Positions 18,490-27,800 of a DNA stretch of 64,000 nucleotides are shown piece by piece; the first letter of the stretch is position 1, and every line of letters starts with the position of its first letter. Source of the stretch: an uncultured Acidobacteriota bacterium. GTDB taxonomy: Bacteria > Acidobacteriota > Thermoanaerobaculia > Multivoradales > UBA5704. Location of the stretch: assembly GCA_963770895.1 (NCBI GenBank), contig CAVYRF010000001.1, positions 1,280,001-1,344,000 on the forward strand. Reading direction: 5' to 3'. The notes below the pieces were generated by a model, which had not been told where the DNA came from, did no database searches, and saw nothing but the letters and a program-made list of their open reading frames with translations. The position numbers and the translations under genes were made by a program.

Positions 18490-19262
18490 TCGGCATCGTC
18501 GGCGGTCTGGGGCCGCACGCTCACATCGACTTCGAGCGGCGGCTGCTGGCGGCCGTGGCGGCGCCGAGCCGCGACCAGGACTATCCCGACTGGCTGCTTT
18601 CGGCGTGCAGCAGCACGCCGGACCGCACCGAGTCGCTGAGCGGCGGCGGTCCGTCGCCGGTGCCCGGCCTGGTGCAGAGCCTCACCCGGCTGGAGGGGCG
18701 CGCGGACTTCGCGGTGATCGTCTGCATCACGGCGCACGCCTTCCTCGATCAGCTGCGGCCGCGCGTCCAGATCCCCATTCTCGACGTCGTCGCCGCGACC
18801 TTTGCCCGCTGCCGGCCGGGCGACAGGGTGGGGCTGCTGGCGACGACGGGTACGCTCGACAGCGGCCTTTTCCAGCGCACGGCGCGGCGGGTCGAGGCGG
18901 GGCCGGAGGTGGTGTCGTTGCGCGACCTGCCGGCGGGCCGGGAGCTGCAGGAAGAGCTGGTCATGCGGCCGATCTACGGCCCGCTGCAAGGCGATGGTTC
19001 CCGTCTCGGCGGCGGTCTCAAGGTGGGCGGCGACCGCGACCCGCTGACCGGGGTGCCGCACCTGGCGACGCTGACGCGCGCCGCCGCGCTGCTGGCCGGC
19101 GCCGGCGCCGCGGCGGTGATCGCCGGCTGCACGGAGATCTCCCTGGTCTTTGGCGGCTGCGGCGGCACGGTCGCCGGGCTGCCGCTGCTCGACTGCATGG
19201 ACATCGCGGCGGGCGCCGCCCTGGGCATCGCGCGCGGCGACCTGCCGCTGCCGCCCGGCTGA
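18465..19262 (+). CDS. Aspartate/glutamate racemase family protein
   Basis: IGIVGGLGP, DQDY, TPDRT, VCITAH and AGCTEI catalytic Cys pair, GLLATTGT. Confidence 0.9.
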   Translation: MASRYSRVIGIVGGLGPHAHIDFERRLLAAVAAPSRDQDYPDWLLSACSSTPDRTESLSGGGPSPVPGLVQSLTRLEGRADFAVIVCITAHAFLDQLRPRVQIPILDVVAATFARCRPGDRVGLLATTGTLDSGLFQRTARRVEAGPEVVSLRDLPAGRELQEELVMRPIYGPLQGDGSRLGGGLKVGGDRDPLTGVPHLATLTRAAALLAGAGAAAVIAGCTEISLVFGGCGGTVAGLPLLDCMDIAAGAALGIARGDLPLPPG

Positions 19263-19437
19263 GGCCGGCGGCCGTCGCCCCGGCCGGGGGGCGGCTTGCC
19301 GGAGGCTCGGCTCGTGGACACCAGGCCGGCGCCCCCTGACGGCCTGACGGCGCAGATTTATGCACAAGGTACAGAGAGGTATAGAATTAGGTGCACTGGT
19401 TGTGTCCCGCCAGTCCACTCAAAGAGGACCGACGACC

Positions 19438-20772
19438 ATGGCAATCAACAAGATTGCGACGCTGCTGCTGTTGGGTACGCTGACCGCGGCCGGCATCGCG
19501 AAGGCTCAGGATCCACCTCCCTATCCCGGCGGCGACTCCGCCGCGCCGCCGCCGGCGGACCAGGCCAACCCGGCGCCGCCGCCGCCCGACGCGGGGGCGG
19601 CTGCCGACCCGGCCGCTGCCGGCATCGACTATTTCCACGGCCAGCTTTCGCCCTACGGCCAGTGGGTCATCCGGCCCGGCTACGGCGAGGTGTGGGTGCC
19701 CAACGTGACGGTCGGCTGGCGGCCCTACACCACCGGGCATTGGATCTACACCGACCAGGGGTGGGCCTGGGCCGCCGACGAGCCCTGGGGCTGGGCGCCC
19801 TTCCACTATGGGCGCTGGTATTACGACGCGCAGATCGGTTGGGGCTGGGTGCCGGGGTACACCTGGGCGCCGGCGTGGGTGGCCTGGCGCCACGGCGGCG
19901 GCTACCTGGGCTGGGCGGCGCTGCCGCCCTCGGTCGGCTTCAGGGTCGGCGTCGGTCTGGCCTTCGGCTCGGTGACCATCGGCACCGGCTACTACACCTT
20001 CTGCGGCGAGCGGGACATTCTGGCGCCGCACATCGGCGGCTTCATCGTGCCCAGCTCGCGCAACGTCACGTTCATCAACAACACCACCAACATCACCAAC
20101 TACACGGTGGTCAACAACCGCATCGTCAACGTCGGCATCCCCGGCGCGCAGGTGGCGCAGGTGGTCGGCCATCCGGTGCAGCCGGTCGCGGTCGCGTCGC
20201 TGACCTCCGCCGGCGCCGGGGGACGGGGAGCGTTCTACCAGCCGGCGATCATCGCCCGCGCGGCGCGGGCCACGCCCAATGAGTTTGGCCACGCCCTGAC
20301 GGCGCAGGTGGCGGTGCAGCAGCACAGCAGCTCCTGGGCGGCGCTCAAGTCGACCCCGGCCGGCGCCGGCCGCCTGACGGCGCGCAGCGCGACCGCCACG
20401 GCTCCCGGCGGTACGCATCCCGGCGCGACGCATCTCGGCGGCTCTCACCCCGCCGGCAGCACCGGCACCGGCAGCAGCACCGGCAACACCCACCACCGCA
20501 GCACGGGCGCCGGCGCCGGCACCGTCCCGCACAGCATTCCCGGTGCCGGTTCGCCCAACACTTCCAAGTCCACCGGCACGTCGCAGGGCACCAGCTCGAC
20601 CGGTCATGGCTCGACCGCCAGCAGCACCGGTTCGACGGGCGCGACAGGGTCCAACCGCTCGACCAGGGCGGGCACGCCGCCGCCGCAGGGCGCCAAGAGC
20701 TCGCCGCCGCCGCCCGGCAAGGGCCAGTCGTCGGCAAGCGAAAAGGGACACAAGCCGCCGCCCGCGGCCTGA
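19438..20772 (+). CDS. Secreted DUF6600-like Trp/Gly-rich protein with low-complexity tail
   Basis: Signal peptide; LSPYGQW..GWRPY..GHW..EPWGWAPFHYGRW..WAPAWVAW; Ser/Thr/Gly tail. Confidence 0.82.
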   Translation: MAINKIATLLLLGTLTAAGIAKAQDPPPYPGGDSAAPPPADQANPAPPPPDAGAAADPAAAGIDYFHGQLSPYGQWVIRPGYGEVWVPNVTVGWRPYTTGHWIYTDQGWAWAADEPWGWAPFHYGRWYYDAQIGWGWVPGYTWAPAWVAWRHGGGYLGWAALPPSVGFRVGVGLAFGSVTIGTGYYTFCGERDILAPHIGGFIVPSSRNVTFINNTTNITNYTVVNNRIVNVGIPGAQVAQVVGHPVQPVAVASLTSAGAGGRGAFYQPAIIARAARATPNEFGHALTAQVAVQQHSSSWAALKSTPAGAGRLTARSATATAPGGTHPGATHLGGSHPAGSTGTGSSTGNTHHRSTGAGAGTVPHSIPGAGSPNTSKSTGTSQGTSSTGHGSTASSTGSTGATGSNRSTRAGTPPPQGAKSSPPPPGKGQSSASEKGHKPPPAA

Positions 20773-20857
20773 TCGCCCAGGGGTGCGCGCCGACGCGCCG
20801 CTGCCGTTGCCTCCACGCTCCGGCCGCACCCCGTCCTACCTTCTTTTCGTTGGTCTT

Positions 20858-21664
20858 CTAGAACAGGTGCGGGTTCCTGGATCGGTAGCGGCGGCTCCAG
20901 GTGAGCACGGTGCCGTTGCGCAGGATGACGCGGGCGTCGCCGTGAAACCAGGGTTGCAGCTCGCCGATGGCGTCCAGGCGCACCAGCTCCGAACGGTTGA
21001 TGCGCAAAAACTGGCTCGGGTCCAGGCGGGTTTCCATGTCCTGCAGGGTGCCGCGGCGGCGAAACTCGCCGCGCCCGGTGTGGACGCGCAGGTAGTTGCC
21101 CTCGGCGCGCACCAGGTCGATCTCGCCGGGGGCGACCAGGACCTGCCGATCCGGGTCGCGCTCCACCAGGATCTGGCGCGGGTACTCCGTCGCGGGGCGC
21201 ACGGCGGCCAGCAGGTGCTCGATACGCGCCGCCAGGTCGCCACCGCCGGGCTGGGCGCCGGGCGACCCGGCGTCGGAGGCGGGGTCGATGCTGGCGCCGG
21301 CGCCGGCCAGCTGGCGGCGCAGGCGGCCGGCCAGCTGTTCGAATCGCGACGGCGCGAAGGGCTTGAGCAGGTAGTCCAGGGCGTGGACCTCGAAGGCTCG
21401 CAGCGCATGCTGGTCGAAGGCGGTGACGAAGACCACCAGCGGCATCGCCGCGACCCCCACCTCCGCGATCACGCCGAAGCCGTCCAGGCGCGGCATCTGG
21501 ATGTCGAGGAACACCACGTCCGGCTTGACGCCGCGGATGGCCTCGACCGCCTGCACGCCGTCGGCGGCCTCCGCCGCCACTTCGAAGTCGCCCTCGCGGG
21601 CCAGCAGGCGGCGCAGCTTGCGGCGCGCCGGCAGCTCGTCGTCGGCGATCAGCGTCCGGATCAT
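20858..21664 (-). CDS. LytTR-family response regulator
   Basis: IADDE, FLDIQMP, TAFDQHA..DYLLKPF receiver; FLRINRS LytTR domain. Confidence 0.95.
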   Translation of the reverse strand: MIRTLIADDELPARRKLRRLLAREGDFEVAAEAADGVQAVEAIRGVKPDVVFLDIQMPRLDGFGVIAEVGVAAMPLVVFVTAFDQHALRAFEVHALDYLLKPFAPSRFEQLAGRLRRQLAGAGASIDPASDAGSPGAQPGGGDLAARIEHLLAAVRPATEYPRQILVERDPDRQVLVAPGEIDLVRAEGNYLRVHTGRGEFRRRGTLQDMETRLDPSQFLRINRSELVRLDAIGELQPWFHGDARVILRNGTVLTWSRRYRSRNPHLF

Positions 21665-22983
21665 CGATCGCTGCCGTCGGGAGCGGCCGGGAGGCCGGCG
21701 GGGGCATGCGGCGCCGGGCGCGCCGGCACCGTGGCGCGCACCAGGAAGCCGCCCGCGGCGCCGCTGGCGGCGCGCCAGGTATGGCGGTCGCCGTATAGCA
21801 GCTGCAGGCGGCCGGCGGTGGCGGCCAGGCCGACGCCACCGCCCGTATCGGTCACCGGTGGCGCTCCTGGGCCGTCGTCCTCCACCTCCAGCGCCAGCTG
21901 CTCGGCCTCGCGGTGGGCGCGCACGACGATGCTGCCGCGGCCCTGGCGCTCGGCGTTGCCGTGGCGGATGGCGTTCTCCACCAGGGGCTGGAGAAACAGC
22001 GACGGCACCAGCAGGCGCTCCACCCCCGGTTCGATCTGCAGGCGGATGTCCAGGCGGTCGCCGAAGCGGGCGCGCTGGATGGCGACGTAGCGGCCCAGCA
22101 GCGCCAGCTCGTCGTCGAGCGGCACCTCGTCGGCGCGCGCGGTGGACAGCGACAGGCGCAGCAGCTCCGCCAGCTGCGCCAGCATCTCGTCGGCGGCGGC
22201 GGGATCGTCGTACATCGTCGCCGAGATGGTGTGCAACGCGTTGAACAGGAAGTGCGGCTGGAGCTGCAGCCGCAGGTTGTGCAGCTGCGCGCGGGCCAGG
22301 CTGGTTTCGACGCGGGCGATGCGCAGCTCGCGGGCGCGGGCGCGGTCGAGCGCCGCCAGGGCGTGCAGGCCGGCGGCCATCAGCACCAGCACCAGCAGCT
22401 CCAGGGGGAGCTCCATCACGTAGCGAAACGGCATGACGCCGTAGTCGAAGGCGCCCAGCCCGGCGAGCGGATACAGCACGCTGCGCAGCCCCCACATCAA
22501 CGACGTCGCCGCGGCGCCGCAGGCGACCATCGCCGCCGCGTACAGCGGCAACCGCCGCGCCCGCCGGCCCGGCGCCAGCGGCAGCCGGCGCACCAGCCAG
22601 CGCATGGGCAGGAGCATCAGGCCGACGGCAAACGCGCCGGTCGATTCGTTGATCAGTTGCGGCAGCGCCGGGCCCGGATGGCGCGAGGCGACGTCGGCCA
22701 GGTAGTGGTACAGAAAAAACACCAGGCCGACGACACCGACCGCCGCAAGCCACGTGGCGACGGCGAGCGGCAGGCCGCGCGCAAGCGGCATGCGCTCACC
22801 GGCCGGCGGCGGCAGCGCCGCCGCCGCCGCGACGTCGGCCGGCCGGCGCGGCAGCGTCGCCACCGCGACTCCGGGCAGTTGCGGCGCAACCGCCGCGACT
22901 TCGGGCGGGTCCGGCGTCGCCGCCGCGACCTGGGCAGGGCGGCGTGATGGCGGCGCGGGCGCCGGCTGAGGCAGGTCAGTCAT
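21661..22983 (-). CDS. LytS-type sensor histidine kinase
   Basis: 4 TM, LQLQPHFLFNALHTI, LQPLVENAIRHG, DDGPG, GVGL. Confidence 0.95.
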   Translation of the reverse strand: MTDLPQPAPAPPSRRPAQVAAATPDPPEVAAVAPQLPGVAVATLPRRPADVAAAAALPPPAGERMPLARGLPLAVATWLAAVGVVGLVFFLYHYLADVASRHPGPALPQLINESTGAFAVGLMLLPMRWLVRRLPLAPGRRARRLPLYAAAMVACGAAATSLMWGLRSVLYPLAGLGAFDYGVMPFRYVMELPLELLVLVLMAAGLHALAALDRARARELRIARVETSLARAQLHNLRLQLQPHFLFNALHTISATMYDDPAAADEMLAQLAELLRLSLSTARADEVPLDDELALLGRYVAIQRARFGDRLDIRLQIEPGVERLLVPSLFLQPLVENAIRHGNAERQGRGSIVVRAHREAEQLALEVEDDGPGAPPVTDTGGGVGLAATAGRLQLLYGDRHTWRAASGAAGGFLVRATVPARPAPHAPAGLPAAPDGSDR

Positions 22984-24640
22984 ATTTCTTCAGCTGCGGC
23001 CATTCGGTAGCCATCACGAAGCGCGGGCCGCGGCAGACGAAGACGTCGAAGTGCTGGTAGGGCATCGAGTAGGGGTGGTCGACGTGGCCGGCCAGCTCGA
23101 CGCTCCTGAACAGCTTCAGCAGCACCTCGCGGCGGTCGTCCAGGACGATCATGACGTCGCCAGTGTAGCCGCGCGGGCCCCACAGGAAGTAGGACAGGTG
23201 GCCGCTCAGCGCCGGCGGCAGGCCGAGCGCCGGCCCGAACAGGTCGATGGCGCCCGCCTGGCCGTAATTCTGGCCGAAGATGGCGGCACGCGCGCGGTCG
23301 CCGGCGGGCAGGGCGTCGTAGATGCGCGCCACCTCGCGCGCCATCTCCGGCCAGCCGAAGCGGTCCGCCATCAGCTGCGGCAGCGGCCCCAGGCGGTGGT
23401 TCTCGACGCGCGGCTGCGACAGGCCGATGGCAGCGGAGTAGCGGATCAGGGCTTCCGGCGGCAGCAGCGGCATGGCCAGCGGCGCCAGCGCCGCGCCGGC
23501 GAGCGCCAGCACCGCGACGTAGGCCGCCTTGGCGAAACGCCAGCGCGGAGCGGCCAGCCAGCGCTCGCAGGCGACCGCCCCCGCGGCGAGCAGCATGGGG
23601 TACGCCGGGGCGGGGTAGTAGGTGCGTCCGTTGAGCAGGAACATCTCGGCCAGCACCCCCAGGTAGGTCAACCCGAGCACCCGGTAGCGCCGCCCCTGGC
23701 GGTCGGCGAGCAGCCAGCCCAGGCCGCCCGCCCATAGCGGCAGCGCCAGCGGGTTGAGCACCAGCACCTGCTCGGCCATGAAGCGCAGCGGCCCCAGCTG
23801 CGTGTCGCGGCCGTCGCGCTTGATGTTGGCGAGCTGCTCGAGATGCGGGAAATGATGCGCCACCACCCACACCGCGTACGGCAGCACCAGCAGACCGGCG
23901 GCGCCGGCCCCCAGCCACAGCCAGCGGGACGCCAGCGCCCGCCGCTCGCGCGTCAGCAGCAGGGCGGCGGCCAGCGGCACGGCAAAGAACAGCATCGACT
24001 CCTTGTTGAGCAGGCCCAGGCCGGCGACCACACCGAACAGCAGCCATAGCCGTTCGGCCCGCTGCCGCTCCGCCGCCTCCACCGGGCGCAGGATGCGGAT
24101 CACGATCCAGGCGCTGCAGCTCCAGAACAGCTGGTCGAGCGCGTTCATCGTGTGGATGCTGTGCAGGGTCAGCCAGATCGGCGCCGTGATCACCGCCAGC
24201 GCGGCCAGCCCCTGCGCGAACCGGCGCCCGCCCAGGTCGCGCGCCATCAACCCGGTCACCACCACCAGCGCGGCGCCGGCCAGGGCCGGCATCAGGCGGA
24301 TCGCCGGCAGCGTCTGGCCGCAGACGATGCGCACCACCGCGGTCAGCGCCGGAAACAGCGGCGGCATGTCGACAAATCCCCACGCCAGGTGCCGCGAACA
24401 GGCCAGGTAGTACAGCTCGTCGACAAAAAACCCGTAGCCGAACAGGCCGGTCGTGGCCAGGTGCAGCACCAGCTTGAACCCGGCCAGCGCCAGCACCACG
24501 CCCAGACCGCCGGCCAACGCCACCCGCCGCCTCGCGACCCTGGCGGCCGCGGGCTGGGAAAGGTTGAAACTCGCGGAATCCGCCGGCGCGCCTTCCGGAG
24601 CCGCGGCGGCGGGTGCGATGATCGATGCGTTCACGCTCAT
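22976..24640 (-). CDS. Glycosyltransferase family 39 (ArnT/PMT-like)
   Basis: FVDELYYLAC..LAWGFVDMPP, GLLNK, NYGQAGA..WGP; GGAGGAG RBS. Confidence 0.9.
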   Translation of the reverse strand: MSVNASIIAPAAAAPEGAPADSASFNLSQPAAARVARRRVALAGGLGVVLALAGFKLVLHLATTGLFGYGFFVDELYYLACSRHLAWGFVDMPPLFPALTAVVRIVCGQTLPAIRLMPALAGAALVVVTGLMARDLGGRRFAQGLAALAVITAPIWLTLHSIHTMNALDQLFWSCSAWIVIRILRPVEAAERQRAERLWLLFGVVAGLGLLNKESMLFFAVPLAAALLLTRERRALASRWLWLGAGAAGLLVLPYAVWVVAHHFPHLEQLANIKRDGRDTQLGPLRFMAEQVLVLNPLALPLWAGGLGWLLADRQGRRYRVLGLTYLGVLAEMFLLNGRTYYPAPAYPMLLAAGAVACERWLAAPRWRFAKAAYVAVLALAGAALAPLAMPLLPPEALIRYSAAIGLSQPRVENHRLGPLPQLMADRFGWPEMAREVARIYDALPAGDRARAAIFGQNYGQAGAIDLFGPALGLPPALSGHLSYFLWGPRGYTGDVMIVLDDRREVLLKLFRSVELAGHVDHPYSMPYQHFDVFVCRGPRFVMATEWPQLKKYD

Positions 24641-24722
24641 GATTGTCTCCTCCGGCGCCACCAGCGCGCCACCCTGCGATGCCGCCAGCATGCCCCGCGG
24701 CAGCGGCGCGCACCAACCGCCC

Positions 24723-24756
24723 CGGGACCAGCGGGACCGCGGCGGGACGAGCGGGA
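24723..24756 (-). promoter_or_regulatory. Candidate LytTR binding direct repeat
   Basis: tcccgctcgtcccg-N6-tcccgctggtcccg, about 30 nt upstream of a CATGCT -10-like hexamer of the GT39-HK-RR operon. Confidence 0.55.
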
Positions 24757-24876
24757 GCAGGAGCGAGGTGGACGTACGCGCAGCGACGTTGGGATTGCTT
24801 CGCGGCCGTGGCCTCGCCATGTGTGGGCCGCGGCGGCCGGCCCGGAGGGTGGCGCGGTTGGGAGGGGTGAGCTCTT

Positions 24877-27800
24877 CTACTTCTGCAAGGCCCGCAGCGC
24901 CGGCTCAAGCCACGAGGAAACCATGCTCCCGATCTGCGGGAACTGTGCGGCCACGAAGCTGGCGACCGGTAGGGCGACGAACGACCCTGTGCGCATCCAG
25001 AAATCCGCCCCCAGCTCGCCAACCTTGGTGTTGGTAATCTTGCTCAGGGTCGCGTCGCGATGCATCTGCGCAAAGACCCCCGTCACGGCTCCCACCACAC
25101 CCAACAACACCAGCAGCAGCAGCGCGTCGATCGGTCCGCGCGGCTGGAAGGGATAGACCGTCAAGGCGAACAGGATGAAGACGTACATCCCCCCGATCGC
25201 CATCGTCAGCGTCCGAATCCGCACCAGCACCGCCAGCAGGAAGACCACGTACACCAGGCACACAAAGCGCTCGCAGGCGCGAATCGCCAGATCCGGCTTG
25301 CTCAGGTCGCTGGCTGCTCGCGGCTGGCCCTCTTCTTGCTCATGCCACACCTTCGCCAGACAGGTTAGAACCTGGCCCGCGGCCCGCGCGATGTGCCCGA
25401 GCATCGCCTGGGCGTCACCCAACACCTTCCACTCCAGCTCGCGCCGCTCCAAGGCCCTGGTTCCGAACCTTCCGTTCATGGCAAGGGTGTGCGCCAGCTG
25501 GTCCAGGATGTCCATGCGTTGCGCCAGGATCGTCTCCCTGCCATGCAATGCCGCGATCAGGGACGTCGCGTCGACTGCATTCCCTGGAGCGTTCGGCCTT
25601 TTGCCGCCGATCTTTCTCAAGGTGGCTTCCGCCTGCCCCATCGCCTCAAGCTCTCTTGCGACAAGTTTTCTGAAATCCGCCATTCCGCCGGCGCCGAGCC
25701 GCCAGATCGGCGTCCATGAAAAGCCTTGCAACTTTTCGAAGCCGCGGCGCAGCGGCAGGGCATCGAGACTCACGAGCAGGCGCCGGGTCTCGAGCCAGAG
25801 GCCCCAAAGTCGGAAAGTCGCACCAGCCAGGAGGAAAAGCGCGAGCGCTAGCAGCGCGGGTAGCAGCGCCTTTTCAAACCACGCGGGTTCGACGCCGCGC
25901 AACGGCGGCCAGCTGCTGTTGAACACCAGGTACAGGCCCCCGCCCACGGCCAGGATCAGGAAATAGTGGGCTGGTGACGACGGTCCAGGCAGCAACGAAT
26001 CGAGCAACCTGTTGGTCGTGTAATACCGGTGATCGCGTGGTATGGACTGCCGGCCATCGGGCGGCCAGGCTCTCCTGCGCGTGTAACCCGGATCTTCACA
26101 GAGCAGCCGCAAACTATCACTCCCGTTTCCAGACGGCAGGTATGGGCGGCGCTCGTCGAGCAGCGCATAGCCCCCGGCCATGCAATAGGTCCACCATAGA
26201 CAGGCGCCGACCAGAAGCAGCAATGGCATCTCGCAGGAGAGCCCCGACGTGATCTGAACGGCCCGTAACACCATGAAGCGCCGGATGCCCGACAGCGAGT
26301 CGGCCAGCGACTCGCTGTCGGGCGCCAGGGCGATCAAGAGCTCGATCGTGAACCCGACGACCAGGAGCACAATGGGAGCCCAGCTGCTGACGCGAACCTT
26401 CTTATGGGCCTTCCATCCCACCCTGAAATGGCACGCCACTTCCAGGATCGATGCCGCCATCATCGCCAGCATTGCCGCCCAGAGGATCCGACGCAGGGCC
26501 GCGGCGTGGTCGATGCTCCAGCCAGCCTCCTCGGCATGGCGTAGCGGCCACAGCAGATACAACAGGATCAATCCATGCAGCAGCGCCGCGCCGACAATCA
26601 GAAACTCGCGCGCGGCCAGCCGCCCTGTGGCGAATTGCGCCAGCAAACTCGACGCCGAGGAAATGGATGAGAACCAGAGCACCATGGCAAAGCCGACCGC
26701 AAGAGCCGCGCCGATCAGCACGGTGACGATCCACGAGGTCGGTGGCACCAGGCGCTGCGGTTGCGGTTGCATGTGCGGAGCGCCAGCGCCGCCCAGCTGG
26801 CCGGCTGGCTGTGGTGGCGCCATGGAATCCCGCATGTGCGTTGGTGTTTGCTGTTGCAACTGCGGACTGTCGATCGCGGGCAGCAGGGAGTGGGCGGCGC
26901 CGTCCAGATTCGGGCCGAGGCTGGCAACCGGCCAGAAGTCGTCGCCGCCCAGAGCCAGCAGGTGTACCGGCGGGCGATTGAAAAGCACGCTGGGGAAGCA
27001 GATGCGAGCTCCGTTTCGAAATCCGTCCGGCCACCCGTATTGGTACAGGTACAGCTCCGGCTCTTCCCGGAGTGCACAGTAGCGATCCCTGGTTGTGTTG
27101 GGCCCGCCCGCCGAGACTCTTAGAGCGCGCAGCGCATTGTAGACTCCCGGTTCGGACGAGCTGGGGAAAATGCGTTCGCCATTTCCTTGCCAATAGCTCA
27201 TGAAGAGATGATTGGAAATCGGCGCCAGAGAATAGGTGGACAGCGCCAGTACGCCGCGCAGCTGCTTGTCCTGCACCTCGCGGCGGAAGAGCAGGTCGGC
27301 GCCGATCGTCACGATCTGCCCGCGCGGGTAGGCCACGGTCAGGTAGCGGGTCAGGAACAGGGTGTCGAGCGGGTCGGACGCGCGCACGATCACGTAACGG
27401 ATGTCGTGCTTGCGCAGCTCCGACACGATCCCCAGCAGCACGGCATCCTGCGACAGCGGTGTCTGTTTCTGTGAGAACGCAGGCACGGTGTCGCCGTCGT
27501 CGCCGCTCACCTCCAGGTTGAGAGGAAGGGTCCCCTGCGGCTCGGTCGCTGAGTCCTGCCCGGTGGATCTGGTTCCATGCGCCTGGTAGGCGGCGCGAAG
27601 GCGTGAGATCTCTCTGGGGAAATAGAGTTGGAGAGGCAATCCCCTGGGCATCGGCGCAACGTGTGAGGCGCACGGCTGGGCAGCGACAACGTGAAGCCGG
27701 GGAGCGTTGCTGACAGGCGGCGATGTGGCTGACGCCGCGGCTGCATGTGGCACTGACGAGAACTTCCCATATTCCGTTTCGTCCTCGGACAGGACGGCAA

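Noticed and set aside
18465-19262. Racemase as part of the NRPS cluster
   Set aside because: 14 kb away and separated by unrelated genes; no direct support.
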